Shown: positions 1 through 7,960 of the stretch, in pieces
Position numbering within the stretch: position 1 is the first letter of the stretch
How the letters are laid out: each line of letters opens with the position of its first letter
NCBI GenBank assembly: GCA_964550425.1
Contig: CAZJZB010000002.1
Span: 1,626-65,625 of the forward strand
Direction: 5' to 3'
Source of the DNA: an uncultured Candidatus Saccharibacteria bacterium
Lineage (GTDB): Bacteria; Patescibacteriota; Minisyncoccia; Phycocordibacterales; Phycocordibacteraceae
Length of the DNA: 64,000 nt
Made by a program: the position numbers and the translations under genes
Notes under the pieces: model-generated
Told to the model about the DNA's origin: nothing
The model's input: only the letters and a program-made list of their open reading frames with translations
The model's database searches: none

Positions 1-1
1 C

Positions 2-130
2 GAGCTAGAGCCCTTCAGGGAAGGTCTACATAAGTGGGGTGCAACCGCTTCAGTTTACAAACAGCTCGGCGTCGGCGCTGGTTTAACATTTGTAGTCGGA
101 TTAGTACTCAGAGCATTTGGGATTCTGTAG
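2..130 (+). CDS. 3' end (C-terminal fragment) of an upstream gene; hydrophobic tail ...GVGAGLTFVVGLVLRAFGIL*
   Basis: Frame 2 is open from the window edge to TAG at 128-130. The hydrophobic C-terminus suggests a membrane protein. Identity unknown. Confidence 0.3.
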   Translation, partial: ELEPFREGLHKWGATASVYKQLGVGAGLTFVVGLVLRAFGIL

Positions 131-185
131 TTTCTTTACATAGGGCTGCCTTATGTATTTATTCCAAAAGCTAGAAGGTATGTGA

Positions 186-299
186 ATGACGAAGTGGTAC
201 AATAGAGAAATGAACGACCCTTGGGACTTCGCAGTTATACAGATTCTCTTGTTCGTCATTCTGATATTGCTTAGTGTTGCTGTGTGGCACTTTTGGTGA
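186..299 (+). CDS. hypothetical small membrane protein (37 aa, MTKWYNREMNDPWDFAVIQILLFVILILLSVAVWHFW)
   Basis: ATG at 186, single hydrophobic helix, stop TGA at 297-299 immediately before the next small ORF. Not on the provided track (<60 aa). Speculative. Confidence 0.2.
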   Translation: MTKWYNREMNDPWDFAVIQILLFVILILLSVAVWHFW

Positions 300-301
300 A
301 A

Positions 302-490
302 ATGAAAAAGTTATTGGCTTTTGTCTTTTTATATCCAGTGGCCTTACTACTAGCTATGCTAGATAAGATTGGCGACGCCTTGAGCAATTTATTTGGCAAG
401 AAACGGATACGGGATTTAGAGGACAGGGTTGCTCAATCAGAACAAATAAACAAATACTTGATAGAGAAAACTTCTTCTAATCAGCACTAG
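302..490 (+). CDS. hypothetical small protein with N-terminal TM helix (MKKLLAFVFLYPVALLLAML...)
   Basis: ORF track 284..490 (GTG start). ATG at 302 gives a plausible signal-anchor-like N-terminus. No recognisable domain. Confidence 0.3.
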   Translation: MKKLLAFVFLYPVALLLAMLDKIGDALSNLFGKKRIRDLEDRVAQSEQINKYLIEKTSSNQH

Positions 491-651
491 GGCTTTGTAT
501 TAAATAGTGGAAGATTACGGCGGTTTTTGGTAGTATCAGAAAATCCGAGCCAGACCAATGAGGAACCGCAATCGTATGGAGTACCATACTGCTTGCTCGC
601 TCGGAGAATGTGAAAATGAGTGTCTGCACTTATTTTCACATTTCCTCGCTC

Positions 652-725
652 GCAAGCGTAGCTCAGTTGGTAGAGCACCCGACTGATACTCGGGCGGTCG
701 TAGGTTCGACCCCTACCGCTTGCAC
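652..725 (+). tRNA. tRNA-Ile (anticodon GAU)
   Basis: Canonical cloverleaf read directly. Acceptor is GCAAGCG/CGCTTGC, D-arm is GCTCAGTTGGTAGAGC, and the anticodon stem CCCGA/TCGGG carries loop CTGATAC (anticodon GAT). The T-arm is GTAGG-TTCGACC-CCTAC with discriminator C. CCA is not encoded. Confidence 0.85.
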
Positions 726-728
726 TAT

Positions 729-1286
729 ATGCACAAAATAACCAACACCTTCAGTAAGGAACCACAGGCGACGCTAGACCTGATAGCGACGTATGACCCG
801 CGAGTCATATCCTGGCTGGATAACAAAGTTAATCTGTTGTTAACTGACTATTTAGGAATAAGAAACTCGCCGTACGGGATTGTTAATATGAGTGACTATT
901 CATACTTGATTACTCCTGCTTTCAAAGCTCTCGAGGGTACCCTAATTCAAATTGCGCGAGAACTCGGTCTTAATGTCGAAAAGGCGGATATAAGAATAGG
1001 AGTAGTTTTTAGTGAGGAGAATCTTGAAATGTTTTACCAGGATGTATTGAATCAAATTGAAGATTTATCAAAAGAATCCAAGGCCGATATCACAATGTGG
1101 CTTAATGACGCACGTCGTTTTCTTCGTCATTTTCGTCATTCGCCAGCCCACTACGGTGGAGATACTAAACAGAACTGGGATCAAGCTTTTGCTGATGGTG
1201 ACCACGTGTTACGAATAATCAATGGTATGTGTTCCGTTTTGTTAGAAAGTGGGGTTTTTGAAAAAGCGAAAACCAAAAAGACGTAG
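729..1286 (+). CDS. hypothetical protein (185 aa) with a possible HEPN-like Rx4H motif (RRFLRH) near the C-terminus
   Basis: ORF track 720..1286 (TTG); the first ATG is at 729. Amino-acid composition is protein-like. It has motif NDARRFLRHFRHSPAHYGG and sits between the tRNA-Ile gene and tRNA-Ile fragments. The stop TAG at 1284-1286 lies inside a tRNA-like CGTAGCTCAG segment. Confidence 0.5.
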   Translation: MHKITNTFSKEPQATLDLIATYDPRVISWLDNKVNLLLTDYLGIRNSPYGIVNMSDYSYLITPAFKALEGTLIQIARELGLNVEKADIRIGVVFSEENLEMFYQDVLNQIEDLSKESKADITMWLNDARRFLRHFRHSPAHYGGDTKQNWDQAFADGDHVLRIINGMCSVLLESGVFEKAKTKKT

Positions 1287-1444
1287 CTCAGCTTGTAAGC
1301 CGTCGGAACGGCTTTTGCCGCGCCGCTCGCTCAGCAGTAAACTTTCTTTCATTTCATTCAAGAAAGTTTTCTCCTGCGTCATTCGGTCGAAATATAAGTG
1401 CAGACACTTTATTTCACCTCATTCCTTGTAGTAGATCACCCTGC

Positions 1445-1461
1445 CTGATACTCGGGCGGTC
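1445..1461 (+). repeat. 17-nt direct repeat of tRNA-Ile anticodon-loop/stem segment (identical to 683-699)
   Basis: Exact identity seen in sequence. Confidence 0.7.
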
Positions 1462-1521
1462 TTAGCGACCAGTTTTGTCCAAGAGCGAAGCGATTGGAAA
1501 CAAAACAGAAGTCCCGTGGGA

Positions 1522-1538
1522 GTTCGACCCCTACCGCT
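1522..1538 (+). repeat. 17-nt direct repeat of tRNA-Ile T-loop/acceptor segment (identical to 704-720)
   Basis: Exact identity seen in sequence. Confidence 0.7.
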
Positions 1539-1625
1539 CGCACCAATTAATACCACGAAAGAAAAGGCAGTTCATTTATACCCACGTTGCACGGTACTAC
1601 GGACACCTGTTGCTATACTGGTAAC

Positions 1626-2138
1626 ATGCGGCGAATGCTCATTATCATTGGATTGGCGCTTGTTGTTGCTATTGCTGCGTTCATTCTCTCCGGACCCGGA
1701 CAGCATCCCCAAAAGAATCCGCTCCATGATGTCGCCGAGGCAAATTTATCCCCGAGAGCCGTGCCGTTCACAAAGCTCGCGCGTGGCACCTATTCGACCG
1801 TAACTAAGCGCGTCAACTACCTCATTACCTCGCCGACCGAACTAGACGAACTTTGGCAGATGCTTGACGCGAAGGGGAACAAGCCCTCGGTCGATTTCAC
1901 ACAAAACGAGGTCATCGCGGTTTTTGCGGGGCAACAACAAGATGCACATCATGAGGTTACGGTCTCAGAGGTTCAGGATGCTGCCGCACGCACAATTTCT
2001 ATAACGTTCACAAATCCGAGCGCCAACTGTGCATCAAAGAAGGCCACCACTGCACCCTACGAGGTCATTGCGATACCGGCCACGTCACTTCCCATCACGC
2101 ACGAGAATATCTCTACGACCACTACCTGCTCGGAGTAA
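1626..2138 (+). CDS. hypothetical membrane-anchored/secreted protein (N-terminal TM helix MRRMLIIIGLALVVAIAAFIL)
   Basis: ORF track 1587..2138; start chosen at the ATG preceding the hydrophobic helix. No confident domain assignment. Confidence 0.45.
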   Translation: MRRMLIIIGLALVVAIAAFILSGPGQHPQKNPLHDVAEANLSPRAVPFTKLARGTYSTVTKRVNYLITSPTELDELWQMLDAKGNKPSVDFTQNEVIAVFAGQQQDAHHEVTVSEVQDAAARTISITFTNPSANCASKKATTAPYEVIAIPATSLPITHENISTTTTCSE

Positions 2139-2176
2139 GCGTGCATGAGGCGTGAGGGTGCGCTACGATTCGCGTC

Positions 2177-3931
2177 ATGGATGCAAAAGCGCATTTTCAT
2201 GGGAAGCGCATTACCGTGATGGGTCTCGGCCTCTTGGGCCGTGGCGTGGGGGATGCGCGGTATCTGGCCGAATGCGGTGCGGAGCTCATTGTGACCGACC
2301 TTAAAACGCGTGAGGAGCTCGCAGAATCGGTAGCGCAGTTGGAGTCATTCTCAAACATCACATTTATCTTTGGCGAACACCGACTCGAAGATTTCCGCGA
2401 CCGCGATCTCATCCTTAAGGCCGCAGGCGTTCCCTTTGATTCGCCCTATATTGCGGAGGCGAAGAAACACAAGATACCGGTCCGCATGAGCGCTGATTTA
2501 TTTGCGGAGATCTCAAAGATTTCCATCATCGGCGTGACGGGCACCCGCGGCAAATCGACCGTGGCGCACATGGTGTACGCCATTCTCAAAGAAGCCGGAA
2601 GGAAGGCCGTGCTCGGGGGGAACGTGCGCGGTGTTTCAAATCTTGAACTGTTAAAAGAGGTTACATCAGAACATACTGCCGTACTTGAACTTGACTCGTG
2701 GCAGCTACAAGGGTGGGGCGACGCGAAGATGAGCCCATATATCGCGGTATTTACCACACTCTACCCGGATCATTTGAACTATTATGGTTCGACTTCGCTC
2801 ACCACAGGCACGAACAATCTGGATGCATATTTAGCGGACAAAGCGAATATCTTCCGCTTCCAGAAGCCCGCGGATACGCTCATACTCGGCAAGCAGTGTG
2901 CACCGACTATCATTGATACGTACGGCGAGCAGATTGAATCAAAAACGTCCATCATTGACGAGACGAAGATTCCTGATACCTGGGTTCTGAAGGTTCCCGG
3001 GATGCATAATCGTTACGACGCCGCACTCGCGCTCGCTGCCGCTCGCGCGGCCGGCGCCCCTGACGAGACGAGCCGTAAGGCGCTCGAGGTGTTTGTCGGC
3101 GTCCCGGGCCGACTTGAGCTCGTGAGGGAGGTGAAAGGCGTGAAGATATATAACGACACTACCTCAACCACGCCAGAGGCAACACTTGCTGCACTCTCTG
3201 CGTTCGATCCGGCGCACACAATACTGGTCATGGGAGGCGCCGATAAGATCCTCGACATGGAAGTGCTGCTCGCACGTCTTCCAGAAACAAAGAAAGTCAT
3301 TGCGCTCGCCGGCAGTGGTACGGAACGTATCAAAAGCCAGTTGCCAGAAGGTACGGTGACGTACCATTCTATCTTTGATGCAACCGCCGCTGCGCTCTGC
3401 GCTGCCGGGCTTGGCGACATCGTCCTTCTCTCGCCGGCATTTGCTTCATTTGGCATGTTCAAGAACGAATTTGATCGCGGGGATCAGTTCAATACGCTGA
3501 TTCGCAACATACCCGATATAAGCTTGCTCAAGCCGAAAGTCAGAGAACTCGCAGGTCGGTTGATTACAGAGTGCGAGCGGCGAGGATTCGCCGTTGTTGT
3601 TTCTCGGGCGTTCCGCACATCCGAGGAGCAGGACGAATTCTATGCGCAGGGACGGACGAAATCGGGAGCAATCATCACTATGGCACAGGGAGGTTCATCT
3701 TTTCATAACTACGGAGTCGCATTTGATATAAAGCCAATAGTCACAGACGGCGATGAAAAGACGAGAGCGGAGCTATACCGGAAAGCGGGGAAGATTGGCA
3801 TGGACCTCGGGCTTGAATGGGGCGGGATCTGGAAAGAATTTGTAGATCCACCACACTTTCAGTACACAGCCGGGTACTCGATCGAGGACTTTAAAAATGG
3901 TCGAATAGAAGAGGAAAAATTTTCCCTATGA
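2177..3931 (+). CDS. murD: UDP-N-acetylmuramoylalanine--D-glutamate ligase (MurD) fused to a C-terminal peptidase M15 (CwlK/VanY-like, L-Ala-D-Glu peptidase-type) domain
   Basis: The N-terminal about 440 aa is a Mur ligase (ITVMGLGLLGRG Rossmann-like, GVTGTRGKST P-loop, MurD-like architecture). The C-terminal about 130 aa has the M15 SxHxxGxAxD (SFHNYGVAFD) and W...H (LEWGGIW...PPHFQ) motifs. Confidence 0.8.
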   Translation: MDAKAHFHGKRITVMGLGLLGRGVGDARYLAECGAELIVTDLKTREELAESVAQLESFSNITFIFGEHRLEDFRDRDLILKAAGVPFDSPYIAEAKKHKIPVRMSADLFAEISKISIIGVTGTRGKSTVAHMVYAILKEAGRKAVLGGNVRGVSNLELLKEVTSEHTAVLELDSWQLQGWGDAKMSPYIAVFTTLYPDHLNYYGSTSLTTGTNNLDAYLADKANIFRFQKPADTLILGKQCAPTIIDTYGEQIESKTSIIDETKIPDTWVLKVPGMHNRYDAALALAAARAAGAPDETSRKALEVFVGVPGRLELVREVKGVKIYNDTTSTTPEATLAALSAFDPAHTILVMGGADKILDMEVLLARLPETKKVIALAGSGTERIKSQLPEGTVTYHSIFDATAAALCAAGLGDIVLLSPAFASFGMFKNEFDRGDQFNTLIRNIPDISLLKPKVRELAGRLITECERRGFAVVVSRAFRTSEEQDEFYAQGRTKSGAIITMAQGGSSFHNYGVAFDIKPIVTDGDEKTRAELYRKAGKIGMDLGLEWGGIWKEFVDPPHFQYTAGYSIEDFKNGRIEEEKFSL

Positions 3932-5196
3932 AAAAGCTCCATTTTATCGGCATCGGCGGTATCGGGATGAGTGCCCTGGCGCAGTATTTTAAAGACCAAG
4001 GGGCAATAATGACGGGTTCAGATAGGGAATCGAGTCCGGTGACTGAGCTTCTGGAACAGAAGGGAATGAAAGTTGTGATAGGGCAGAGGTTCGAGAATGT
4101 GCCGACTGACGCAGAGATGGTCGTCTACAGCGATGCGGTCCCGGCGGACAACTCCGAACGCGTCCGTGCGGAGGAACTCGGTATTCCGCAGAAGTCGTAC
4201 TTTCAGATGATCGGCAGGGTTTCAGCGGAGAAGCGCACAGTCGCAGTCGCGGGTACGCACGGCAAGACGACCACGACCGGGATGCTTGCCAAGATTTTGA
4301 AAGACGCAGGAGTATCGCCAACGGCAATTATTGGTTCAATCGTGAAAGATTTTGATTCAAATTATCTGCATGGCGATTCTGATTTATTTGTTGTCGAGGC
4401 ATGTGAATATCGTGATCATCTTCTCGAACTCTTACCACAAGTCCTCGTGATCACAAATCTTGAGTGGGACCATACGGATTATTTCCCATCACTCAAAGCA
4501 TTACAAGACACATTTAAAAAAGCGATTGAGAGAGTTCCTGCGGACGGGGTTATTGTCACCGACCCGACCCATAAAAATATCGCGCCGCTTCTTGCTGCCG
4601 CGCGGGCGCATATTGCTGATTACACGCAAGAGCCCGCGTATACGCTCCGCCTACCTGGAGAATTCAACATGATGAATGCGCGCGCGGCCGCTGCGGCCGC
4701 GCGCGCCGCCCTTCCATCCATTTCAGACAAAATAATTGTCGAATCGCTTTCAGCATTCCAAGGCACATGGCGCCGTTTTGAATACAAAGGAAAAACTTCC
4801 AGCGGCGCGGATGTTTATGATGACTACGCCCACCATCCGACGGCGGTACAAGCGACTCTGAAAGCGCTTCGAGCGCAAACGAAAGGAAAGATCATTGTCG
4901 CCTTCCACCCACACCTTTTCAGTCGCACCAAGGATCTCCTCGATGAATTCGCCGTCGCCTTTGCCGACGCCGACCAAGTATTCATCGCGCCTATTTATGC
5001 TGCCCGCGAAGTGGATGACGGGACGATCTCAAGCGAATTACTCGCCAAACGTATCCGGGATGCCGGTACGGACGCGACCGCACTTGATTCTTTTAGCGCC
5101 ATTGAGCGCTCTCTCAGTGATGCCAAGAAAGGCGACACCATCATGGCAATGGGTGCCGGCGACATTTACAAGATCGCCGATGCGATTATTGTATGA
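3928..5196 (+). CDS. murC: UDP-N-acetylmuramate--L-alanine ligase (MurC)
   Basis: MKKLHFIGIGGIGMSALAQ N-terminus and AVAGTHGKTTTTGML P-loop, typical of MurC. ATGA overlap with murD. Confidence 0.85.
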   Translation: MKKLHFIGIGGIGMSALAQYFKDQGAIMTGSDRESSPVTELLEQKGMKVVIGQRFENVPTDAEMVVYSDAVPADNSERVRAEELGIPQKSYFQMIGRVSAEKRTVAVAGTHGKTTTTGMLAKILKDAGVSPTAIIGSIVKDFDSNYLHGDSDLFVVEACEYRDHLLELLPQVLVITNLEWDHTDYFPSLKALQDTFKKAIERVPADGVIVTDPTHKNIAPLLAAARAHIADYTQEPAYTLRLPGEFNMMNARAAAAAARAALPSISDKIIVESLSAFQGTWRRFEYKGKTSSGADVYDDYAHHPTAVQATLKALRAQTKGKIIVAFHPHLFSRTKDLLDEFAVAFADADQVFIAPIYAAREVDDGTISSELLAKRIRDAGTDATALDSFSAIERSLSDAKKGDTIMAMGAGDIYKIADAIIV

Positions 5197-5927
5197 ACAT
5201 GGGAACGTTTTCTAATATGGTCAAAGGAAAACTTTCGGTCGTCGCGACGCCTATCGGAAATCTGGAAGATATAACGCTGCGCGCTCTGCGTACGCTCAAA
5301 GAGTGCGACGTGATATATGCCGAAGATACACGCGTCGTTTCAAAGTTACTCGCAAGATACGATATTAAAAAACCGTTGCAGCGGCTCGATGCAGCAACGG
5401 AAATGAAGAAGGCGGATGAAATCATCGCTCGGCTTGAGGCGGACGAGCACGTGGCACTTGTCAGCGATGCTGGCACACCGGGGATTTCCGATCCCGGAGG
5501 GCAGCTTGTCGCTTCAGTGCGACAAGCTGCCCTCCGGTCCTTCGTAGCTTCACGCGAAGAAGGGCAGCAAATTATTATTGAAGCGATACCGGGGCCGTCC
5601 GCGCTCACCGCCGCACTTTCTATCGCAGGACTGGATGCGACTGGATTTACGTTTCTCGGATTTCTTCCGCATAAGAAAGGACGCCAAACCGCACTCAAAA
5701 AAATAGCGGTAAGCGAGATTCCGGTTGTGCTCTACGAATCGCCATACCGCATATTGAAACTGCTCAAAGAATTGGGGACCTTGGACATAGCAAAGATCAG
5801 TATTGCTCGTGAACTTACCAAAATCCACGAAGAGGTCATTGTAGGAAGCGTTCAAGAGGCGCAGGACTATTTCGCCGCGCACCCAGGGGCAGTGCGCGGC
5901 GAATTTGTCGTCATCGTAACGCCCTGA
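5193..5927 (+). CDS. rsmI: 16S rRNA (cytidine1402-2'-O)-methyltransferase RsmI (tetrapyrrole-methylase fold)
   Basis: GKLSVVATPIGNLEDITLRA...YAEDTR signature. ATGA overlap with murC; an internal ATG at 5217 is an alternative start. Confidence 0.8.
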   Translation: MNMGTFSNMVKGKLSVVATPIGNLEDITLRALRTLKECDVIYAEDTRVVSKLLARYDIKKPLQRLDAATEMKKADEIIARLEADEHVALVSDAGTPGISDPGGQLVASVRQAALRSFVASREEGQQIIIEAIPGPSALTAALSIAGLDATGFTFLGFLPHKKGRQTALKKIAVSEIPVVLYESPYRILKLLKELGTLDIAKISIARELTKIHEEVIVGSVQEAQDYFAAHPGAVRGEFVVIVTP

Positions 5928-5939
5928 TATACTCGACAC

Positions 5940-6092
5940 ATGTCTCGCGCAGGCACTCTCATCCTTCTGGGCGTTCTTGTCATCCTCGTACCTTTTTCGG
6001 GACTTCCGTCATCTATTCGTTCGTTGCTTGCGGTCATACTCGGCGTGTGTGTCCTCTGTATCGGCCTCATACTTCGGGCTCGGAGTGAGTGA
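5940..6092 (+). CDS. hypothetical small membrane protein (50 aa, two hydrophobic segments)
   Basis: ATG at 5940, MSRAGTLILLGVLVILVPFSG...VCVLCIGLILRARSE*. Fills the gap between rsmI and the ATPase gene. Below the track's 60-aa cutoff. Confidence 0.25.
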   Translation: MSRAGTLILLGVLVILVPFSGLPSSIRSLLAVILGVCVLCIGLILRARSE

Positions 6093-6113
6093 TTTTTGCT
6101 ATACTAAAACGTA

Positions 6114-7952
6114 ATGGAAAACCCAGAACGCGTTACCTACTTCGCGGCAACTGATTCGCGGGGGAAGTATGTGCCTTTCGGCATCAAGGCGAAGGACCGG
6201 GACCGCCACATGTACGTTATCGGCAAAACCGGCATGGGCAAGTCGACCTTGCTCGAGAACATGGCGATCCAGGATCTCAGGAACGGCGAAGGATTCGCTT
6301 TCATTGATCCGCACGGGGGAACCGTCGACCGGCTTCTCGATTATATTCCCGAAGACCGCATACAGGACGTGGTGTACTTCGCTCCGTTCGATCTAGAGCA
6401 TCCTATCGCGTTCAATGTGATGGAGGACGTCGGTTACGACAAGCGCCACCTCGTCGTGAGCGGCCTCATGGCGACTTTCAAGAAGATATGGGTAGACGCA
6501 TGGAGTTCCCGCATGGAGTACATTCTCACGAACACACTCCTTGCTCTGCTTGAGTATCCGGGCGCGACTCTTTTGGGCGTGAACCGCATGTATACGGACA
6601 AAGAGTATAGGAAAAAAGTCGTTGAAAACGTGAAAGATCCGGTCGTGAAGGACTTCTGGACGAAGGAGTACGCGGTCTACACTGACCGTTACACGCAGGA
6701 GGCGACGCCCGCCATCCAGAACAAAGTCGGCCAATTTACCGGCAACCCGCTCATCAGGAACATTATCGGGCAGCCGAAATCCTCATTTGATATTCGCACG
6801 ATGATGGACGAGAAGAAAATACTCATCATCAATCTTTCCAAGGGTCTCGTGGGAGAGACCAATATGCGGCTTCTCGGTTCCATGCTCACGACGCGCATAT
6901 TCCTCGCCGCGATGAGCCGTGCGAATCTTCCCGCCGAAGGCCTCAAGAAGCTCCCGAATTTTTATTTCTATGTTGATGAGTTCCAGAATTTCGCGAACGA
7001 GACCTTCGCGGAGATCCTCTCTGAGGCGCGCAAATATAAATTGAATCTCGTCATTGCGCATCAGTACATAGAGCAGATGGAAGAAGAAGTGCGCGATGCC
7101 GTCTTCGGCAACGTAGGCACGACAATCGTCTTCCGGGTGGGGCCTTTTGACGCCGAAGTGCTGGAGACCATTTTCATGCCAAGGTTCACGAAGGAGGACG
7201 TCGTCGTACTCGATCGCCGGCAGATATATCTCACGCTCATGATAGACGGGGTCGGATCGGAACCTTTCTCAGCGGTAACGATTCCTCCGATAGAGCCGCC
7301 ACCTTCCTCTCACAGAGAAAAAGTACTCGCCTCATCGCGCACGCAATTCACCGCGCTGCGCGCCGGAGTCGAGAAAACCATTATGGAAGAACTCGCTGCA
7401 AGCGGATTCTCCGAACCCGCGCCCGAAGCGCGGATGCGCAGAAAACCGACAGGTACAAATCCGCCCCTCCGTCAGAGTGCGGAACCGGTCAAATCGTTTA
7501 TGCCCCGCGAAGCGACTGGGTCCGTGCCGCTCGTGCAGGCGAAACATACTGTTGCGCCTCCTGTGAGTACGCGTCCGAATCTGCCGGTAAAAAACATCGC
7601 TACTTTTCCAGCAAAAAACATTCCCGTCTCCGGCGGGAAATCATCAGAAGACCTGAAGTCGATCCTGCGCACCATGACTGCGAAGACCGGCGCGGAGAGG
7701 GAAGAGAAGAAATCACAAAACCAACAGTCCCTCAAAGGAGTTCTTGCGGACGTATTAACGCGAGGTGAGCAACCGAAGAAAGCGCAACAATCCACGCCGG
7801 CCCGGCCGCCTTTGGAGGCCCCGCCGCAGCAGAATCTTCTTGCAGCAGCTCCAGCGACAGTCGGCACCTCGTCAAGTGTCCCGATGCGCGAGAAAAAGCC
7901 CTTCGAGGTTTCCGAAGATACGCTCCGAAAGGTGTTCAAAGACGAGACATAA
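6114..7952 (+). CDS. TraD/VirD4-like (FtsK/HerA superfamily, DUF87-type) P-loop ATPase with an about 230-aa Pro/Ala/Ser/Gln-rich disordered C-terminal tail
   Basis: Walker A is VIGKTGMGKST and Walker B is FYFYVDEFQNF...LNLVIAHQY. No N-terminal TM segment. The low-complexity tail runs from about 7250 to 7950. Confidence 0.7.
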   Translation: MENPERVTYFAATDSRGKYVPFGIKAKDRDRHMYVIGKTGMGKSTLLENMAIQDLRNGEGFAFIDPHGGTVDRLLDYIPEDRIQDVVYFAPFDLEHPIAFNVMEDVGYDKRHLVVSGLMATFKKIWVDAWSSRMEYILTNTLLALLEYPGATLLGVNRMYTDKEYRKKVVENVKDPVVKDFWTKEYAVYTDRYTQEATPAIQNKVGQFTGNPLIRNIIGQPKSSFDIRTMMDEKKILIINLSKGLVGETNMRLLGSMLTTRIFLAAMSRANLPAEGLKKLPNFYFYVDEFQNFANETFAEILSEARKYKLNLVIAHQYIEQMEEEVRDAVFGNVGTTIVFRVGPFDAEVLETIFMPRFTKEDVVVLDRRQIYLTLMIDGVGSEPFSAVTIPPIEPPPSSHREKVLASSRTQFTALRAGVEKTIMEELAASGFSEPAPEARMRRKPTGTNPPLRQSAEPVKSFMPREATGSVPLVQAKHTVAPPVSTRPNLPVKNIATFPAKNIPVSGGKSSEDLKSILRTMTAKTGAEREEKKSQNQQSLKGVLADVLTRGEQPKKAQQSTPARPPLEAPPQQNLLAAAPATVGTSSSVPMREKKPFEVSEDTLRKVFKDET

Positions 7953-7960
7953 TCATTTTT

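Larger units (their letters stand above)
1282..1545 (+). pseudogene. disrupted tRNA-Ile-like second copy (fragments of D-arm, anticodon loop and T-arm/acceptor ending in encoded ACCA)
   Basis: 1282-1291 CGTAGCTCAG repeats 657-666. 1445-1461 is identical to 683-699 (CTGATACTCGGGCGGTC). 1522-1538 is identical to 704-720 (GTTCGACCCCTACCGCT), followed by CGCACCA. About 150 nt and about 60 nt of intervening DNA and the lack of a 5' acceptor strand prevent a cloverleaf fold. Confidence 0.5.

Noticed and set aside
560-650. Imperfect inverted repeat TGTGAAAATGAGTG...TTATTTTCACA upstream of tRNA-Ile
   Set aside because: It has a short stem with mismatches and no conserved riboswitch-like context. It may be a tRNA promoter-proximal hairpin, but evidence is insufficient to call a feature.
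1282-1545. Interpretation of the second tRNA-like region as a functional intron-containing or split tRNA
   Set aside because: No 5' acceptor strand complementary to CGCTCGC is present. The D-arm and T-stem are degenerate, and the inserts (about 150 and about 60 nt) are too small and lack group I features. It is treated as a fragmented copy instead.
1516-1803. Track ORF 1516..1803 (+)
   Set aside because: It starts inside the tRNA-like fragment and overlaps, in another frame, the better-supported membrane protein gene 1626..2138. Its product is low-complexity (LLLLLRSFSPDP).
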